Notes: generated by a model from the sequence alone, not told the origin. A stretch of 43,233 nt of DNA from Candidatus Bathyarchaeota archaeon (GCA_018396555.1 JAGTQL010000001.1:22273-65505), one strand, 5' to 3'. Positions 33,254 to 43,233 are shown, numbered from the stretch's first letter. Numbers and translations: made by a program.

Positions 33254-34366
33254 ATGTCGAAAGAACTGATGGTTTATGTTGGAACCTATACTCTTCCAAT
33301 ACTCTTCGGAACCGGGGAAGTTCTGGTGGGGAAGGGCGAGGGCATATACGTTTATCGAATGGATCAGAATTCCGGAGCCTTAGAGTTCAGCAGCAAGATA
33401 GCAGGCGTTGCAAACCCATCTTACCTATCCTTCGATCCTAAGCATCATTCTCTTTACGCTGTTAACGAGCTAAAGAATTTTGAGGGTAAACCGACAGGCG
33501 CCGTCAGCGCCTTCTCAGTCAACTCGGAAACTGGCGGATTGAAATTCCTAAATAGAAAACCAACCATGGGAACTGATCCCTGCTATGTGACCGTTGATAA
33601 AACTAGTAGATACGTTCTTGTCGCTAATTTCATGAGCGGCAGCGTATGCGTCTTACCTATACGGGAGGATGGAAGCCTAGAAGATGCCAGCGATCTCATT
33701 CAGCATCACGGTTCAAGCGTTAACCCTAAACGTCAAGAGGAACCTCATGCCCATGCATGCGTACTAGATAAAGCCAATCGGTATGTGTTAGTTCCCGATC
33801 TTGGAATCGACAAGGTTATGATCTATAAGTTTGATTCAAACCTTGGAAGACTAGAGCCTAATGATGAGCCCTGGTTTCAAGTGAGAGCTGGCGCTGGACC
33901 GCGCCACTTAGCTTTCCATCCTAACGGCAGATACGCTTACCTAATTAATGAGCTCAACTCTACATTAACCGTTTTCTCATACAACGAAAATAATGGCACA
34001 CTTAAAGAGGTCCAAACCGTTTCCACTATGCCGGAGGATTTCGCTGGCGCAAATACAGGCGCAGATGTTAAGGTCCATCCCTCAGGCAGATTTGTTTACG
34101 CCTCAAACCGTGGCCTTAATGACATCGTAATCTATGCAATTAATGAAGGCACCGGAAAACTTACATACATAGGCCGCAGATCAACTCAGGGCAAAACGCC
34201 CCGCAACTTTGCCATCGACCCAACTGGCAGATTTCTACTTGCCGCCAACCAGGATACGGATACCATTGTAACCTTTAGAATAGACCAGCAGACCGGCGAA
34301 CTTCTATTATCAGGACATCTTACGAAGGCGCCGACTCCTGTTTGTATAAAAATGATTCCTTTATGA
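33254..34366 (+). CDS. 7-bladed beta-propeller lactonase (6-phosphogluconolactonase-like)
   Basis: VYVGTYT...GEGIYVYRMDQNSGAL...NPSYLSF...LYAVNE...VANFMSGSV...PRHLAFHPNGRYAYLINELNSTL...PRNFAIDPTGRFLLAANQ. Confidence 0.8.
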   Translation: MSKELMVYVGTYTLPILFGTGEVLVGKGEGIYVYRMDQNSGALEFSSKIAGVANPSYLSFDPKHHSLYAVNELKNFEGKPTGAVSAFSVNSETGGLKFLNRKPTMGTDPCYVTVDKTSRYVLVANFMSGSVCVLPIREDGSLEDASDLIQHHGSSVNPKRQEEPHAHACVLDKANRYVLVPDLGIDKVMIYKFDSNLGRLEPNDEPWFQVRAGAGPRHLAFHPNGRYAYLINELNSTLTVFSYNENNGTLKEVQTVSTMPEDFAGANTGADVKVHPSGRFVYASNRGLNDIVIYAINEGTGKLTYIGRRSTQGKTPRNFAIDPTGRFLLAANQDTDTIVTFRIDQQTGELLLSGHLTKAPTPVCIKMIPL

Positions 34367-34511
34367 TGGAAATTTATTATCGAGCAATAAAGGTTCCTTT
34401 GTAATCTACCTATCTTTTTTGCTGCAGGATTAAGCACGATTCATCTCTGAATATTACTTGCCGCTATTACCCTAAAAATTTTCATCGCAACATCGCGATA
34501 GAAAATATTAA

Positions 34512-36899
34512 TTGAAGCTTAAGGCTATTATCTGGTATGTCAAAATGGTGATGCTTACTTTGATGGTTAAAACAGGTAGATTTCTGTTGAAAATCCTATT
34601 TTCCTCGTTAGCATTTGCGCTTCTATTACTCATGCTCATTAGTATACCGCTTGGTCTTCAGCTCTTCTTTTTTGAGAGAATATCTGAGTCTTACACGTTT
34701 AAATCAAATTTTTTAATTGAACTTTTAAATCTTCGCTTTGGGGTCAGTATGGGTCTTATTTTCGCCATTTTCTCCCTAATATACATTTTATGTTTTTTCA
34801 TTTCCCTCAGGAAAAGTCTCACTTTTAGGGGCTTCAGAGGGTTTTTCAGAGAAGGAGTAAGCTTTTGGCTTGTGAGAAATCCATTATTCGCTGCATCATT
34901 TCTATCATGCCTGGCGTATGTTACATCAAAGATTATCCATTTAATTGAGGAGGCTTGCGGCATACCGGTCGGTCAAGCTCCTGTCTCCGCAGATCCCCTA
35001 GTAGCTTTCCTACAGATTTCAATCTCGCCTTTACTTGAAGAAGTTATTTTCCGCATACTACCAATCGGCGTTTTCTCAGCAACCTATCTCTTAACCTCGC
35101 TTCAACTGGGCAAACCTAATATCTCATTGAGGGAAAAAATGAAACTTTCGCTTTTAATCCTCATTAGCCCTGAGCGTGGAAAACGAATTGCGCATTTAAA
35201 GACTATTGCGGAGTTCGGCTTCATGAAGGGAATAAGTTCCAGCGAGTGGTTAATGGTGTTTTTAACTTCGGCGATTTTCGGCTTCTCACATTATGTTCCC
35301 CCAACAACATGGGGCGCTGGGAAAATTCTATCGGCATTTATACAGGGGGTGATTATGGGGTTGGCATATTTAGCCTATGGTTTTCAGACCCCAATCATAA
35401 TACATTGGTTCCTTAACTACTATTTATGCACGTTCAGCCTTGCAGGCTACGTGTATCCGCGTTTCGCCATTTTAAATGAGTTGAATATTTATATTATAAC
35501 TGCGCTTGGGGTGCTCAGCATAGTGACAATCACTTTGTTAGGGATCAGAGGCATTGCGAAAAGTCAAATCTTAAACATGGAAATCCTCTTTCAATCCTAT
35601 AGGAAAATCGAGAGTAAATTAAAAATTGAGTATGGAAAGGCATTGAATGTTTTTAGGCGTGTGAGCCTTAAATCCCTCAGGAGTTTTAATTTTGCCACCA
35701 TAGCCTTAGTCTTATTCTTCCTCGCTGTTAGATTATTGATTGTGAATTTTCCAAGACCTGAGCCTGGGGAAAGATATTATGAAACGGGCTTCGTGTTTGA
35801 TGAAACATATTATGTTAAGGCTGCGAGGCTGCTTCTTAAGGGCGAATCAACCAACCACGAGCATCCGCCGCTGGTTAAAATGTTAATAATGGTTGGAATC
35901 ATGATTTTTGGAGATAACCCGCTTGGCTGGCGGCTTTTCTCAATCTTATTCAGTTCGATATCTATAGGCTTACTGCATCTGCTCACATTGAGCCTCGCTG
36001 AGAACCGGCTTACATCATTTTCAGCAGCATTGCTATTTGCGTTTGACATAATGGCTTTTAACATTGGGCAGATAGGCATGCTTGACGCAGCTGCCCTAAT
36101 GTTCGTTCTCGCCGCAAGCATTATGCTGGTCAAAGAGAAATATGATTTTAGTGGTTTATTGTTTGGTTTAGCGTTGCTATGCAAGCTAAGCTCCATTTTT
36201 AGTTTAGGCATGATCTTCCTTCTGCTGGCTAAAGGGGTTTTTGAGAATGGAAGTCTTAGGATGAAAACCGTTTTTAAATGGCTTACTTTATCAATAAGAA
36301 TAATTCTTATGGCTTCAGTCATCTTCCTAGCTGGCTTATGGGTTTATGATGTTGCCTATGGTGTTTTCAGCGGCAACCCACTTAACCACATAAACTACAT
36401 GTTTAGCTATCATAATATTCTTCGATATGATGAAGAAGATGTCATTTCTGAAAAGGTCATACTTCCGCTGAGATGGATTAATCCCTTAGACCCGTTCTCT
36501 CCGATCCGATATTACGTTGTTACAGTAACGGAACTCATTAACGGAGGTTTACATGAATATTATCCCATAGCCTACTATGGAATATATACGCCTCTATGGT
36601 GGAGCATATGGCTAGTTACGCCGGTAAGCCTCATGGAAACAGCGAGAAAAAAGAAAACGTCAGACTTTTTCATTTTCTTATGGATCACAGCAAACTTTCT
36701 TCCATACATTGTTTTAGCTTACGTTTCACGCAGGTGGGTCTACCCATTCTATTTCTGTGCAACGTTGCCTGGACTGTACATGGGGCTATCTCAATACTTA
36801 GCTTATCCTAAAAAACTAAGAATACTGCTTGCGTCATTAACGTTTATACAAATCTTATGGTTCATCTTATGGTTCCCTGTCAAACCAAAATTACTATAA
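34512..36899 (+). CDS. Polytopic membrane fusion protein: N-terminal CPBP (CAAX/Abi) intramembrane protease domain plus C-terminal GT-C (PMT/ArnT-like) glycosyltransferase domain
   Basis: CPBP motif 1 is LLEEVIFRILP (EEVIFR at 35047-35064). Motif 2 is AIFGFSHY (about 35277-35294). The GT-C first-loop motif is FDETYYVKAARLL...HEHPPLVKM (from 35796). About 20 hydrophobic segments run throughout. The start is uncertain (TTG at 34512 or ATG at 34545). Confidence 0.75.
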   Translation: MKLKAIIWYVKMVMLTLMVKTGRFLLKILFSSLAFALLLLMLISIPLGLQLFFFERISESYTFKSNFLIELLNLRFGVSMGLIFAIFSLIYILCFFISLRKSLTFRGFRGFFREGVSFWLVRNPLFAASFLSCLAYVTSKIIHLIEEACGIPVGQAPVSADPLVAFLQISISPLLEEVIFRILPIGVFSATYLLTSLQLGKPNISLREKMKLSLLILISPERGKRIAHLKTIAEFGFMKGISSSEWLMVFLTSAIFGFSHYVPPTTWGAGKILSAFIQGVIMGLAYLAYGFQTPIIIHWFLNYYLCTFSLAGYVYPRFAILNELNIYIITALGVLSIVTITLLGIRGIAKSQILNMEILFQSYRKIESKLKIEYGKALNVFRRVSLKSLRSFNFATIALVLFFLAVRLLIVNFPRPEPGERYYETGFVFDETYYVKAARLLLKGESTNHEHPPLVKMLIMVGIMIFGDNPLGWRLFSILFSSISIGLLHLLTLSLAENRLTSFSAALLFAFDIMAFNIGQIGMLDAAALMFVLAASIMLVKEKYDFSGLLFGLALLCKLSSIFSLGMIFLLLAKGVFENGSLRMKTVFKWLTLSIRIILMASVIFLAGLWVYDVAYGVFSGNPLNHINYMFSYHNILRYDEEDVISEKVILPLRWINPLDPFSPIRYYVVTVTELINGGLHEYYPIAYYGIYTPLWWSIWLVTPVSLMETARKKKTSDFFIFLWITANFLPYIVLAYVSRRWVYPFYFCATLPGLYMGLSQYLAYPKKLRILLASLTFIQILWFILWFPVKPKLL

Positions 36900-36986
36900 C
36901 ATCTCCTTTCCAGCATGTAACATTTATTTATAGTATATATTTATAGTATAGTTTTATATTGCGAACTTAGTTTATCTGAGTAGATG

Positions 36987-37952
36987 CTACCCGTAAAGCC
37001 AGCAGGCAACTTTTACTTTCCCAGCCTCAAACATGGGAGGCCTTTCTTTTAGGCATTTCTCCATTTTATTTGGGCATGTGCTTATATATTTACATCCAGA
37101 AGCTAGAAACTCCTTAATTTCCATCCCTAACGGGCTCATCTCCTCCTTAATCCATTTTTCTCTTTTTCCATGCTCAGGAAGCGAGCTTACCAACGCTTTA
37201 GTGTATGGGTGATATTGGTTGAGGAGGACTTCATCAGCCGGTCCCTTCTCAATTATCATGCCCCTATACATGATGGCTATTTCATCGCTTATGTAGTAGG
37301 CTGTTGCAAGATCATGCGTTATATAGACGAAGGATATTTCCCTCTGCTTTAACTCCTTAAATATGTTCAAAACGTTCATTCTTGAAGAGGCGTCAATCAT
37401 GGATACAGGCTCGTCGGCTACGATTAACCTTGGTTGAGATAGAAGTGCGCGGGCTATAGCTATCCGCTGGAGCTGACCGCCTGAGAACTCGCTTGGTTTT
37501 TTTCCAACAATCTCATCAATTGTTAATCCGACGAAACTTAGAGTCTCTTTTATCTGGGAGGATGCTTCCTCATCCTTCATATTAAGCATATGTTTGGCTG
37601 TTCCAAACAGGTACGTGTCTACATTTCTTAAAGGATTAAAGGTTCCATAGGGATCTTGGAAGATTGCTTGGACTTCCTTTCGAAAAAGTTTTCTCTCTCC
37701 ACGCTTTAGGGAGTAAACTCGTTTACCTTTATAAAGCACGGTTCCTTCTTCTGGCTTCAATAAGCCTAAAACGATTCTTGCAAGGGTTGTTTTTCCACAA
37801 CCGCTTTCCCCGGCTATGGTGAGTATTTTCGGCTCTTTTTCCATGCTTAGGGACGCACTATCAACCGCTGGGAATTTAATCCATCCGATGAATCCGTAGC
37901 CGAAAAATTTTGATACATTCTTTAACTCTAAAAGAAACTCGCTCATAAACAA
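36987..37952 (-). CDS. Peptide/nickel-type ABC transporter ATP-binding protein (OppF/DppF-like)
   Basis: Walker A is GESGCGKTT. The signature is FSGGQLQR. Walker B is LIVADEP. The C-terminal oligopeptide-type extension carries Cys residues. Confidence 0.85.
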   Translation of the reverse strand: MFMSEFLLELKNVSKFFGYGFIGWIKFPAVDSASLSMEKEPKILTIAGESGCGKTTLARIVLGLLKPEEGTVLYKGKRVYSLKRGERKLFRKEVQAIFQDPYGTFNPLRNVDTYLFGTAKHMLNMKDEEASSQIKETLSFVGLTIDEIVGKKPSEFSGGQLQRIAIARALLSQPRLIVADEPVSMIDASSRMNVLNIFKELKQREISFVYITHDLATAYYISDEIAIMYRGMIIEKGPADEVLLNQYHPYTKALVSSLPEHGKREKWIKEEMSPLGMEIKEFLASGCKYISTCPNKMEKCLKERPPMFEAGKVKVACWLYG

Positions 37953-38927
37953 TCAACTCGCGTAAATCCAGCAAGAAACTCTTCGATCTTTTTCTCTTTT
38001 TCCATGCTCAGGTTCTTCCTTTTGGCATATAGGCTTAGAATATGGGCATCTGGGATGAAATCTGCATCCGGAGGGCGGCTGCCTAAGGTCTGGAGGCTGC
38101 CCCTTAAGGCCGGTTCTTTGGGATTTATCTCCAAGCCTTGGCAGAGACTCTATTAGCGCTTCAGTGTATGGATGTAAGGGTTTCTCGAATATTGCTTGGG
38201 TTCCTCCGACCTCAACGATATTACCAGCGTACATTACGCCCATTCTATCGGTCAGAACGGAGTGTATTCCCATATCATGAGATACTAGGACGATTGTGTT
38301 TTTAAGTCTCTCCTGAGCTTTTTTGAGAAACATTAAAGCAGCACGTTGATTAATCACGTCTAAGGCTGATGTGGGCTCATCCGCTAAAACCATAGCTGGC
38401 TGAAGTAGCAGCGCCACAGCAATCACTATTCTCTGCCTCATGCCTCCGCTGAGCTGATGGGGGAAAGCTTGAAGAGCATCGCTTGGCAAACCGAAATCCT
38501 CCACATATTTCCGCGCCATGGCATAGGCTTCTTTCTTCTTCATCCCCGTGTATGTTTTATACATTTCAGCGAAATGATCTTTTACCCTCGTAGTTGGGTT
38601 TAAAACATTCATTGAGTTTTGGGGAATATAGGAAATATGTTTCCACCAAACCGTTTTTCTAAGGTCATCTAAACTAAGCGAGGAAATCATGAAGGATTTT
38701 TCATCGTTTGAATATAGTTCTATGGAGCCGCTTTTTAATTTCAGGGGCGGTTCAATGTAGCCATAGAGTATTTTTACCAGTGTTGATTTTCCACATCCAG
38801 ATTCGCCGGCTACTCCAAAGATTTCATTTTTATATAGCTCCAGAGATACGTTATTCACAGCGTCTACATAGACCTTTGACATTTCATAGCCGCCCTTAAT
38901 GTTTAGGCCCCTGAGAACAAGATCCAT
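37953..38927 (-). CDS. Peptide/nickel-type ABC transporter ATP-binding protein (OppD/DppD-like)
   Basis: Walker A is GESGCGKST. The signature is LSGGMRQR. Walker B is VLADEPTSALD. HPYT and CRFHPRCP are C-terminal motifs. Confidence 0.85.
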   Translation of the reverse strand: MDLVLRGLNIKGGYEMSKVYVDAVNNVSLELYKNEIFGVAGESGCGKSTLVKILYGYIEPPLKLKSGSIELYSNDEKSFMISSLSLDDLRKTVWWKHISYIPQNSMNVLNPTTRVKDHFAEMYKTYTGMKKKEAYAMARKYVEDFGLPSDALQAFPHQLSGGMRQRIVIAVALLLQPAMVLADEPTSALDVINQRAALMFLKKAQERLKNTIVLVSHDMGIHSVLTDRMGVMYAGNIVEVGGTQAIFEKPLHPYTEALIESLPRLGDKSQRTGLKGQPPDLRQPPSGCRFHPRCPYSKPICQKEEPEHGKREKDRRVSCWIYAS

Positions 38928-38929
38928 AT

Positions 38930-39760
38930 TTATCTTGCTCCTAAAAGTTCACCGATCATGTTAGAAAGTTGATATATGGTTACTATCAACGTTGTGAGCA
39001 GAAGTATTGGGATTATAGGCCACCACCATATCCCCCTTAAGATTGCTTGATACTGCAAAGCCCAATAAAGTATTGATCCTATAGTTGCTTCCTCTAATGT
39101 GGATAAACCGAAGACTGCTATTGTGGTCTCCATGCCTATAGCCCACGTTAACAGCCCTAAGAATGAAACCGCTAACCATTTTATTATGTACGGAAGGTAT
39201 TCTTTAAAAAATATCTCAATCATGCTGTATCCGGAGAGAAGAGCTGTATGGGTGAAAGGTCTTTCCCTTAGGCTTAATATCAAGGATCTTACTGACCTTG
39301 AAGGCCAAGCCCAACCAAATATTGATAGTATTAAGGCTATTAAAATGGGGCTTAAATATTTCCTCCAAGAATAAGTGAGGACTATTAGGGCTGGCAACCC
39401 GGGAATTAAAGAAAAACTATCGATGCATAAGGTTAATATGTTATGTAAAGCCGGGTTTTTCACAAAGCCGGCGGTAGCTCCAAGTAGAAAGGCTATTAAT
39501 ATAGATACGGAAGCTGTTAAAATGCCCAGAGTGATCGAGTTCCTTAATGCGTAGGAGCTTAACCAAAATAAATCTTGCCCAACGGTTGTGGTGCCAAATA
39601 GGAAAGCAGTTGATGGAGGCATATCCCTGGGGACGGTAGCCCATCTTCTAGGATCATAGGGGGCAAAGTAAGGAAGTACGTAAGCGAAGATTAAGTGGGC
39701 CGCTAATACGCCTATGGTTATCGCAAGGGATTTCGTAATTTTCATCTTTTTAACCACCAC
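38930..39760 (-). CDS. ABC transporter permease (OppC/DppC-like)
   Basis: 276 aa and polytopic. Its position and size fit the second permease of a family-5 peptide transporter. Confidence 0.8.
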   Translation of the reverse strand: MVVKKMKITKSLAITIGVLAAHLIFAYVLPYFAPYDPRRWATVPRDMPPSTAFLFGTTTVGQDLFWLSSYALRNSITLGILTASVSILIAFLLGATAGFVKNPALHNILTLCIDSFSLIPGLPALIVLTYSWRKYLSPILIALILSIFGWAWPSRSVRSLILSLRERPFTHTALLSGYSMIEIFFKEYLPYIIKWLAVSFLGLLTWAIGMETTIAVFGLSTLEEATIGSILYWALQYQAILRGIWWWPIIPILLLTTLIVTIYQLSNMIGELLGAR

Positions 39761-40823
39761 CGTATCTGATTCTGGGATCTATAAGTGGGTAAATCAGATC
39801 TAGGATGAGAGCTGCAGTGGCCACTCCCACGATGGAGTAGGACAGTATTCCTAGCATTAAATTGTAGTCGGCGCCAGTAATGGCTTGATAGAGTAGTCTT
39901 CCTAAACCAGGATAGGAGAAGATGTGCTCAGTGATTAAAGCGCCATTGAAGATGTATCCGAGGCTAAGTGCAAGCGCGGTTATCTGAGGCAGTAGACTGT
40001 GTCGCGTAACATATTTAATGATGGTTTTTCGTCTTAATCCCCTTATGACAGCGTAATTAACAAAGTCCTCTCCCTTCACGCTTAACGCTAATGCTTTCAT
40101 TGATAGAAACCAGGAAGCAGCGGAAAGCATAATAATGGATATGGCGGGTATTGAAAGGCGCTTAAACGCTTCGGCTATGAAAGAAAAGGAGAGGGAGAAC
40201 TTAGTCATCCCTGCTCCTCCAACACCCTTATAGATTGGAATAACGAGGCTGAAGAGCAGGAAGAGCAGAAGAGCTAATATTACATATGGAACCGGATAAA
40301 GGCTCATAGCAATCCATTCCAATGCCCTTGATATGCGTTTTTTGCTGAAGATCGCGGCCAGCACTCCAATAATGTTTCCTATCACCCATGATAATATTGT
40401 GGAGAACCCTAACATGAGAATCGTCCATGGAAGAGAATTATATATGAGATCAATAACGGGGGTAGGGAAAGAGGTGAAAGAAGGACCAAAGTTTCCTGAC
40501 AAAACGCCTTTCAAGAATGAAAGATACTGCAGATATGGGGGTTTCTCTAAACCATAAAGCTCCATAATTTGCTGCTTCATCGCTAGGATCTCCTCTGGTC
40601 TGAGATGCGCACCCATGGATAGCAACCTGGAGATTAAGGTTACGCTGGGATCCACCGGATTTGCCCGAGATATAATAAACGTCACTGTAAGCCCAATCCA
40701 AACCGTCAGAAGGAAGAATAGCAGTCTGCTGAGCATGTGGGCGATTAAAGGTTTAAACTTCCTCGATTCCATCTTCTTCATAGTTTTTCTCCGCAACCTT
40801 AGTATCCTACATATTTTTCTCAA
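39750..40823 (-). CDS. ABC transporter permease (OppB/DppB-like)
   Basis: It is polytopic. RGLRRKTIIKYVTRHSLLPQITAL is the EAA-loop region. The real start is probably an internal ATG (MKKMESRKF...). Confidence 0.8.
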   Translation of the reverse strand: MRKICRILRLRRKTMKKMESRKFKPLIAHMLSRLLFFLLTVWIGLTVTFIISRANPVDPSVTLISRLLSMGAHLRPEEILAMKQQIMELYGLEKPPYLQYLSFLKGVLSGNFGPSFTSFPTPVIDLIYNSLPWTILMLGFSTILSWVIGNIIGVLAAIFSKKRISRALEWIAMSLYPVPYVILALLLFLLFSLVIPIYKGVGGAGMTKFSLSFSFIAEAFKRLSIPAISIIMLSAASWFLSMKALALSVKGEDFVNYAVIRGLRRKTIIKYVTRHSLLPQITALALSLGYIFNGALITEHIFSYPGLGRLLYQAITGADYNLMLGILSYSIVGVATAALILDLIYPLIDPRIRYGGG

Positions 40824-40961
40824 GAACGGGTCTATATACTTTACTCAAAATCCTCATTCCTTACGAGAAACTTTGGTGATAAAAGAAGGAATGACGTTAA
40901 CGCGAGTAAAAATAAGGTTTACCATGCAATATTCTTAATCATACTCTTATACATTGTTGCG

Positions 40962-40977
40962 AAAACAAAAAATAAAA
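40962..40977 (-). terminator. T-rich tract downstream of the binding-protein gene (possible intra-operon terminator/attenuator)
   Basis: The minus strand reads TTTTATTTTTTGTTTT, starting 24 nt after the stop at 41001-41003. Confidence 0.35.
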
Positions 40978-41000
40978 GGAGGTTTTGGGTGTTTTGTTTT

Positions 41001-43120
41001 TTATGCTGTTTTCTTTCTTGATCCTATGAACCAGCCTGCTGCTACGCCGACTATTAGGGCAACTATGCCTGCTCCGGCAACGCTTGCAACATCCACCGTT
41101 GGAACAGCCACCTCCCTCGTAGTCGTCAAGGTCGCCGTGACAGTTTCCGCAGCCTCAGTTTTCGTCGTAGTCACAGTCGTCGTTGTTGTCTCTGTTTTTG
41201 TGACTTCTATCTTTACAGGAATTTCATGTGGTAATCTTAATTGTGGCCTAGGCGGTGTAAACGCATCTTTTGTAGGAACATTACCGGTTGGTCTTATATT
41301 TAATACTATAAAGACGAAGTGTGGCCACCAATATACTGGATCCGAATAGTAGTTTGCTGGATATTCTGGAAAGCCATCCCATACGTATCTGTCATTTAAT
41401 GTGTAGAATGGCACCGGGAGGAACTGAGGCCAAGGTAGCTGTTCTGCCCATATTAGCAGGGCCCTTCTTGCTAATTCAGCAGCCTTCGGATCGTCTGGGT
41501 GCGTCATCTCAAGTTCCTCTAGGATTGCGTCCAGTTCGGCTCTTTTGTCAAAATTGTAGAGAGCAAAATTGCTGTAGTAGAGCCATCCTAAGCCTGGATT
41601 CTCCGGAACACCATATTTGCTATGCCATCTATTTATAATGTCTCCTAGGTCTATCGGAAGGAAGTTGCAGCCTGGGAAGTATGTTACTACTTCAAATTCT
41701 GCCGCCATAAGCTTCGGTGAAAAAACAGCCCATTCTGTAGGTTCAACAACAACATCTACGCCAAATCTTCTCCATTGTTCAGCCACTAGATAGGCAAGTC
41801 TCTGTGATTCGAGCTCAACCTCGGCGAAAGTCATAATCCTAATAGTCCATGGAGTACCATCTGGTAGTCTCCATTTGCCATCCGCGCCCTTTGTGAACCC
41901 AACAGATTTAAGCAGATTCTCAGAGTGGTTGGATCGTACTTCCACCATCCAACATTTGGATCATAGCCAATCTTGATTAGTTCGGGTTCAAGCGGCTTAA
42001 AGTATGCTTTTACAGTAGCCGGTCTCGGTATAATTGGTAGTGGTGAAACAACAGGTTTAGAGCCATCTACCCCTGTGAACGCTTCAACAATCTCTCTTAT
42101 ATCTATGGTAAAAGCTAACGCCCTTCTTACCTCTGTTATATTATATGGCCATCTAAGCAGATTAAAGACCGGTCCCTTCATGCATGCATCATATGGCCAC
42201 GCGTAAGGAGCTCCCTTGCCATAGAAGCCTCCTAACCATTTTTGCATCTCTGGATCACTAATAGCAATTTCTACGACTTCCGGCAGCCATGTCCTAACGG
42301 ATTCAAGTTCATGTCTCATCATAGCTAGACATTCTTTATCGTCTGGACCGTAGTGTATGAAGAGGACATACTTCGGCGCCATTCTCCAACCGTATTTCTT
42401 GGTAGCCCACCAATCCTCATTTCTTTCCCAGAGGAACCAGTTGCCGCCTGGGTCCACATCTTTTAATATGGCTGGACCTAGAGTTAATGGGGGATAATTC
42501 TTGAAGGCTATAGGATCTTCCACTTTCTCCCATACATGTTTAGCCATTAATTGCATTCCGATCTGTGAGGTAAGGAAATAGTGGAATCTTGGATTGGGCT
42601 TTGTGAGTTTGAAAACGACGGTATAATCATCCTCTTTATAGATGTCCTCAACCCATGCAACAACAGTTGCATGCCATGAAAGTCTTGAATCGCGCTTCAG
42701 CAGATTGATCTGGAACACCAGATCATCAGCGGTGTATGGAACTCCATCACTCCACGTGACGCCCCTCCTTATATATACTTTCATAGTCCTAAAGTCTTCA
42801 GAATATTCTGGGTAAGTGGCCGCTACCCAAGGCATCCACTCTCCAGTAGTCGTATCAAAGTGGAAAAGAAAGTTACTACCTAAGTGCCCTAAGCCGTATC
42901 CAACCAAAACTCCAGGCACAAACGGATTAAACATATACGGGTCAGTATATCGCCCAGCATGATTTTCAGCTATATAAACATCTCCTCTAGGCGTACCTGG
43001 AGGCACACCTGGTATTTGAGCCATCACTGAGGTTGGGGTTATTAGTAGCGTTAGAAGAGAAGCTGTAAAATACATCATTAGAATCATAGTTACCGATATG
43101 CCAGAAACTTTTTTGTCCAT
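41001..43120 (-). pseudogene. Family-5 ABC substrate-binding protein with a Thr-rich stalk and C-terminal TM anchor, interrupted by a frameshift near 41920-41930
   Basis: Two overlapping ORFs (41831-43171 and 41001-41948) together make one ~705-aa binding protein. The upstream frame reads ...GYDPNVGWWKYDPTT. The downstream frame continues SENLLKSVGFTKGADGKWRLPDGTPW. That is the usual yDp-x-x-A-x-x-LL-x-x-aGf motif split in two. The signal peptide begins at MDKKVSGISV (ATG 43120, GGAGG upstream). Confidence 0.75.
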
Positions 43121-43233
43121 AATGCTCTCCTCCGTTTTTATGTTATTAGAGAACTTATCTCTAAATTCCATATCTTAAGTGTATTGTTATGCATGCTATT
43201 GTTATGAATGCTTTGTATATTGCTGCCAGTCTC

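Noticed and set aside
40954-41638. Plus-strand ORFs 40954-41349 (Val/Thr-rich) and 41321-41638
   Set aside because: They are antisense to the binding-protein gene. The Val/Thr-rich run is the complement of the Thr-rich stalk coding region.

Overview
This is an archaeal chromosomal segment. Markers are ribosomal protein L10e, a tRNA with bulge-helix-bulge introns, class III (type IV pilin-like) signal peptides, PaREP1, a GPN-loop GTPase and a tungsten-type AOR. GGAGG-type ribosome-binding sites are frequent.

Layout:
(i) 1-2.7 kb: minus-strand housekeeping genes. These are the 5' part of PEP synthase (absent from the ORF track because it runs off the left edge), L10e and a dCTP deaminase-like gene.
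(ii) 3061-3202: a tRNA-Arg(UCU) that folds only after two introns are removed.
(iii) About 3.2-17.5 kb: an accessory island directly after the tRNA. It holds a truncated integrase, a DUF4258-like ORF, VapBC, a PIN remnant, PaREP1, a HEPN-MNT pair and a surface protein with four tandem Ig-like repeats. It also holds a MITE, a graveyard of transposase/ATPase/HEPN pseudogenes and an alpha-class DNA methyltransferase with a convergent small ORF. A 46-aa Zn-ribbon protein, two RHH regulators and three tandem pilin-like paralogues complete it.
(iv) 18.7-34.4 kb: metabolic genes. These are an FeS-AOR-MoaD operon, a RidA/SelA-like/amidohydrolase operon and sugar-modifying enzymes, plus a second toxin-antitoxin pair next to a second MITE copy.
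(v) 34.5-43.2 kb: a CPBP-protease/GT-C glycosyltransferase fusion and a peptide-type ABC transporter operon whose binding-protein gene is frameshifted.

I saw no rRNA and no CRISPR array. No single novel multi-gene system can be proven from the sequence alone. The best follow-up candidates are the doubly interrupted tRNA with C33, the methyltransferase plus convergent nuclease-like ORF, the MITE family, the extended MNT of the HEPN-MNT pair, the pilin-paralogue cluster and the CPBP/GT-C fusion. All family assignments come from reading motifs by eye, not from database searches.
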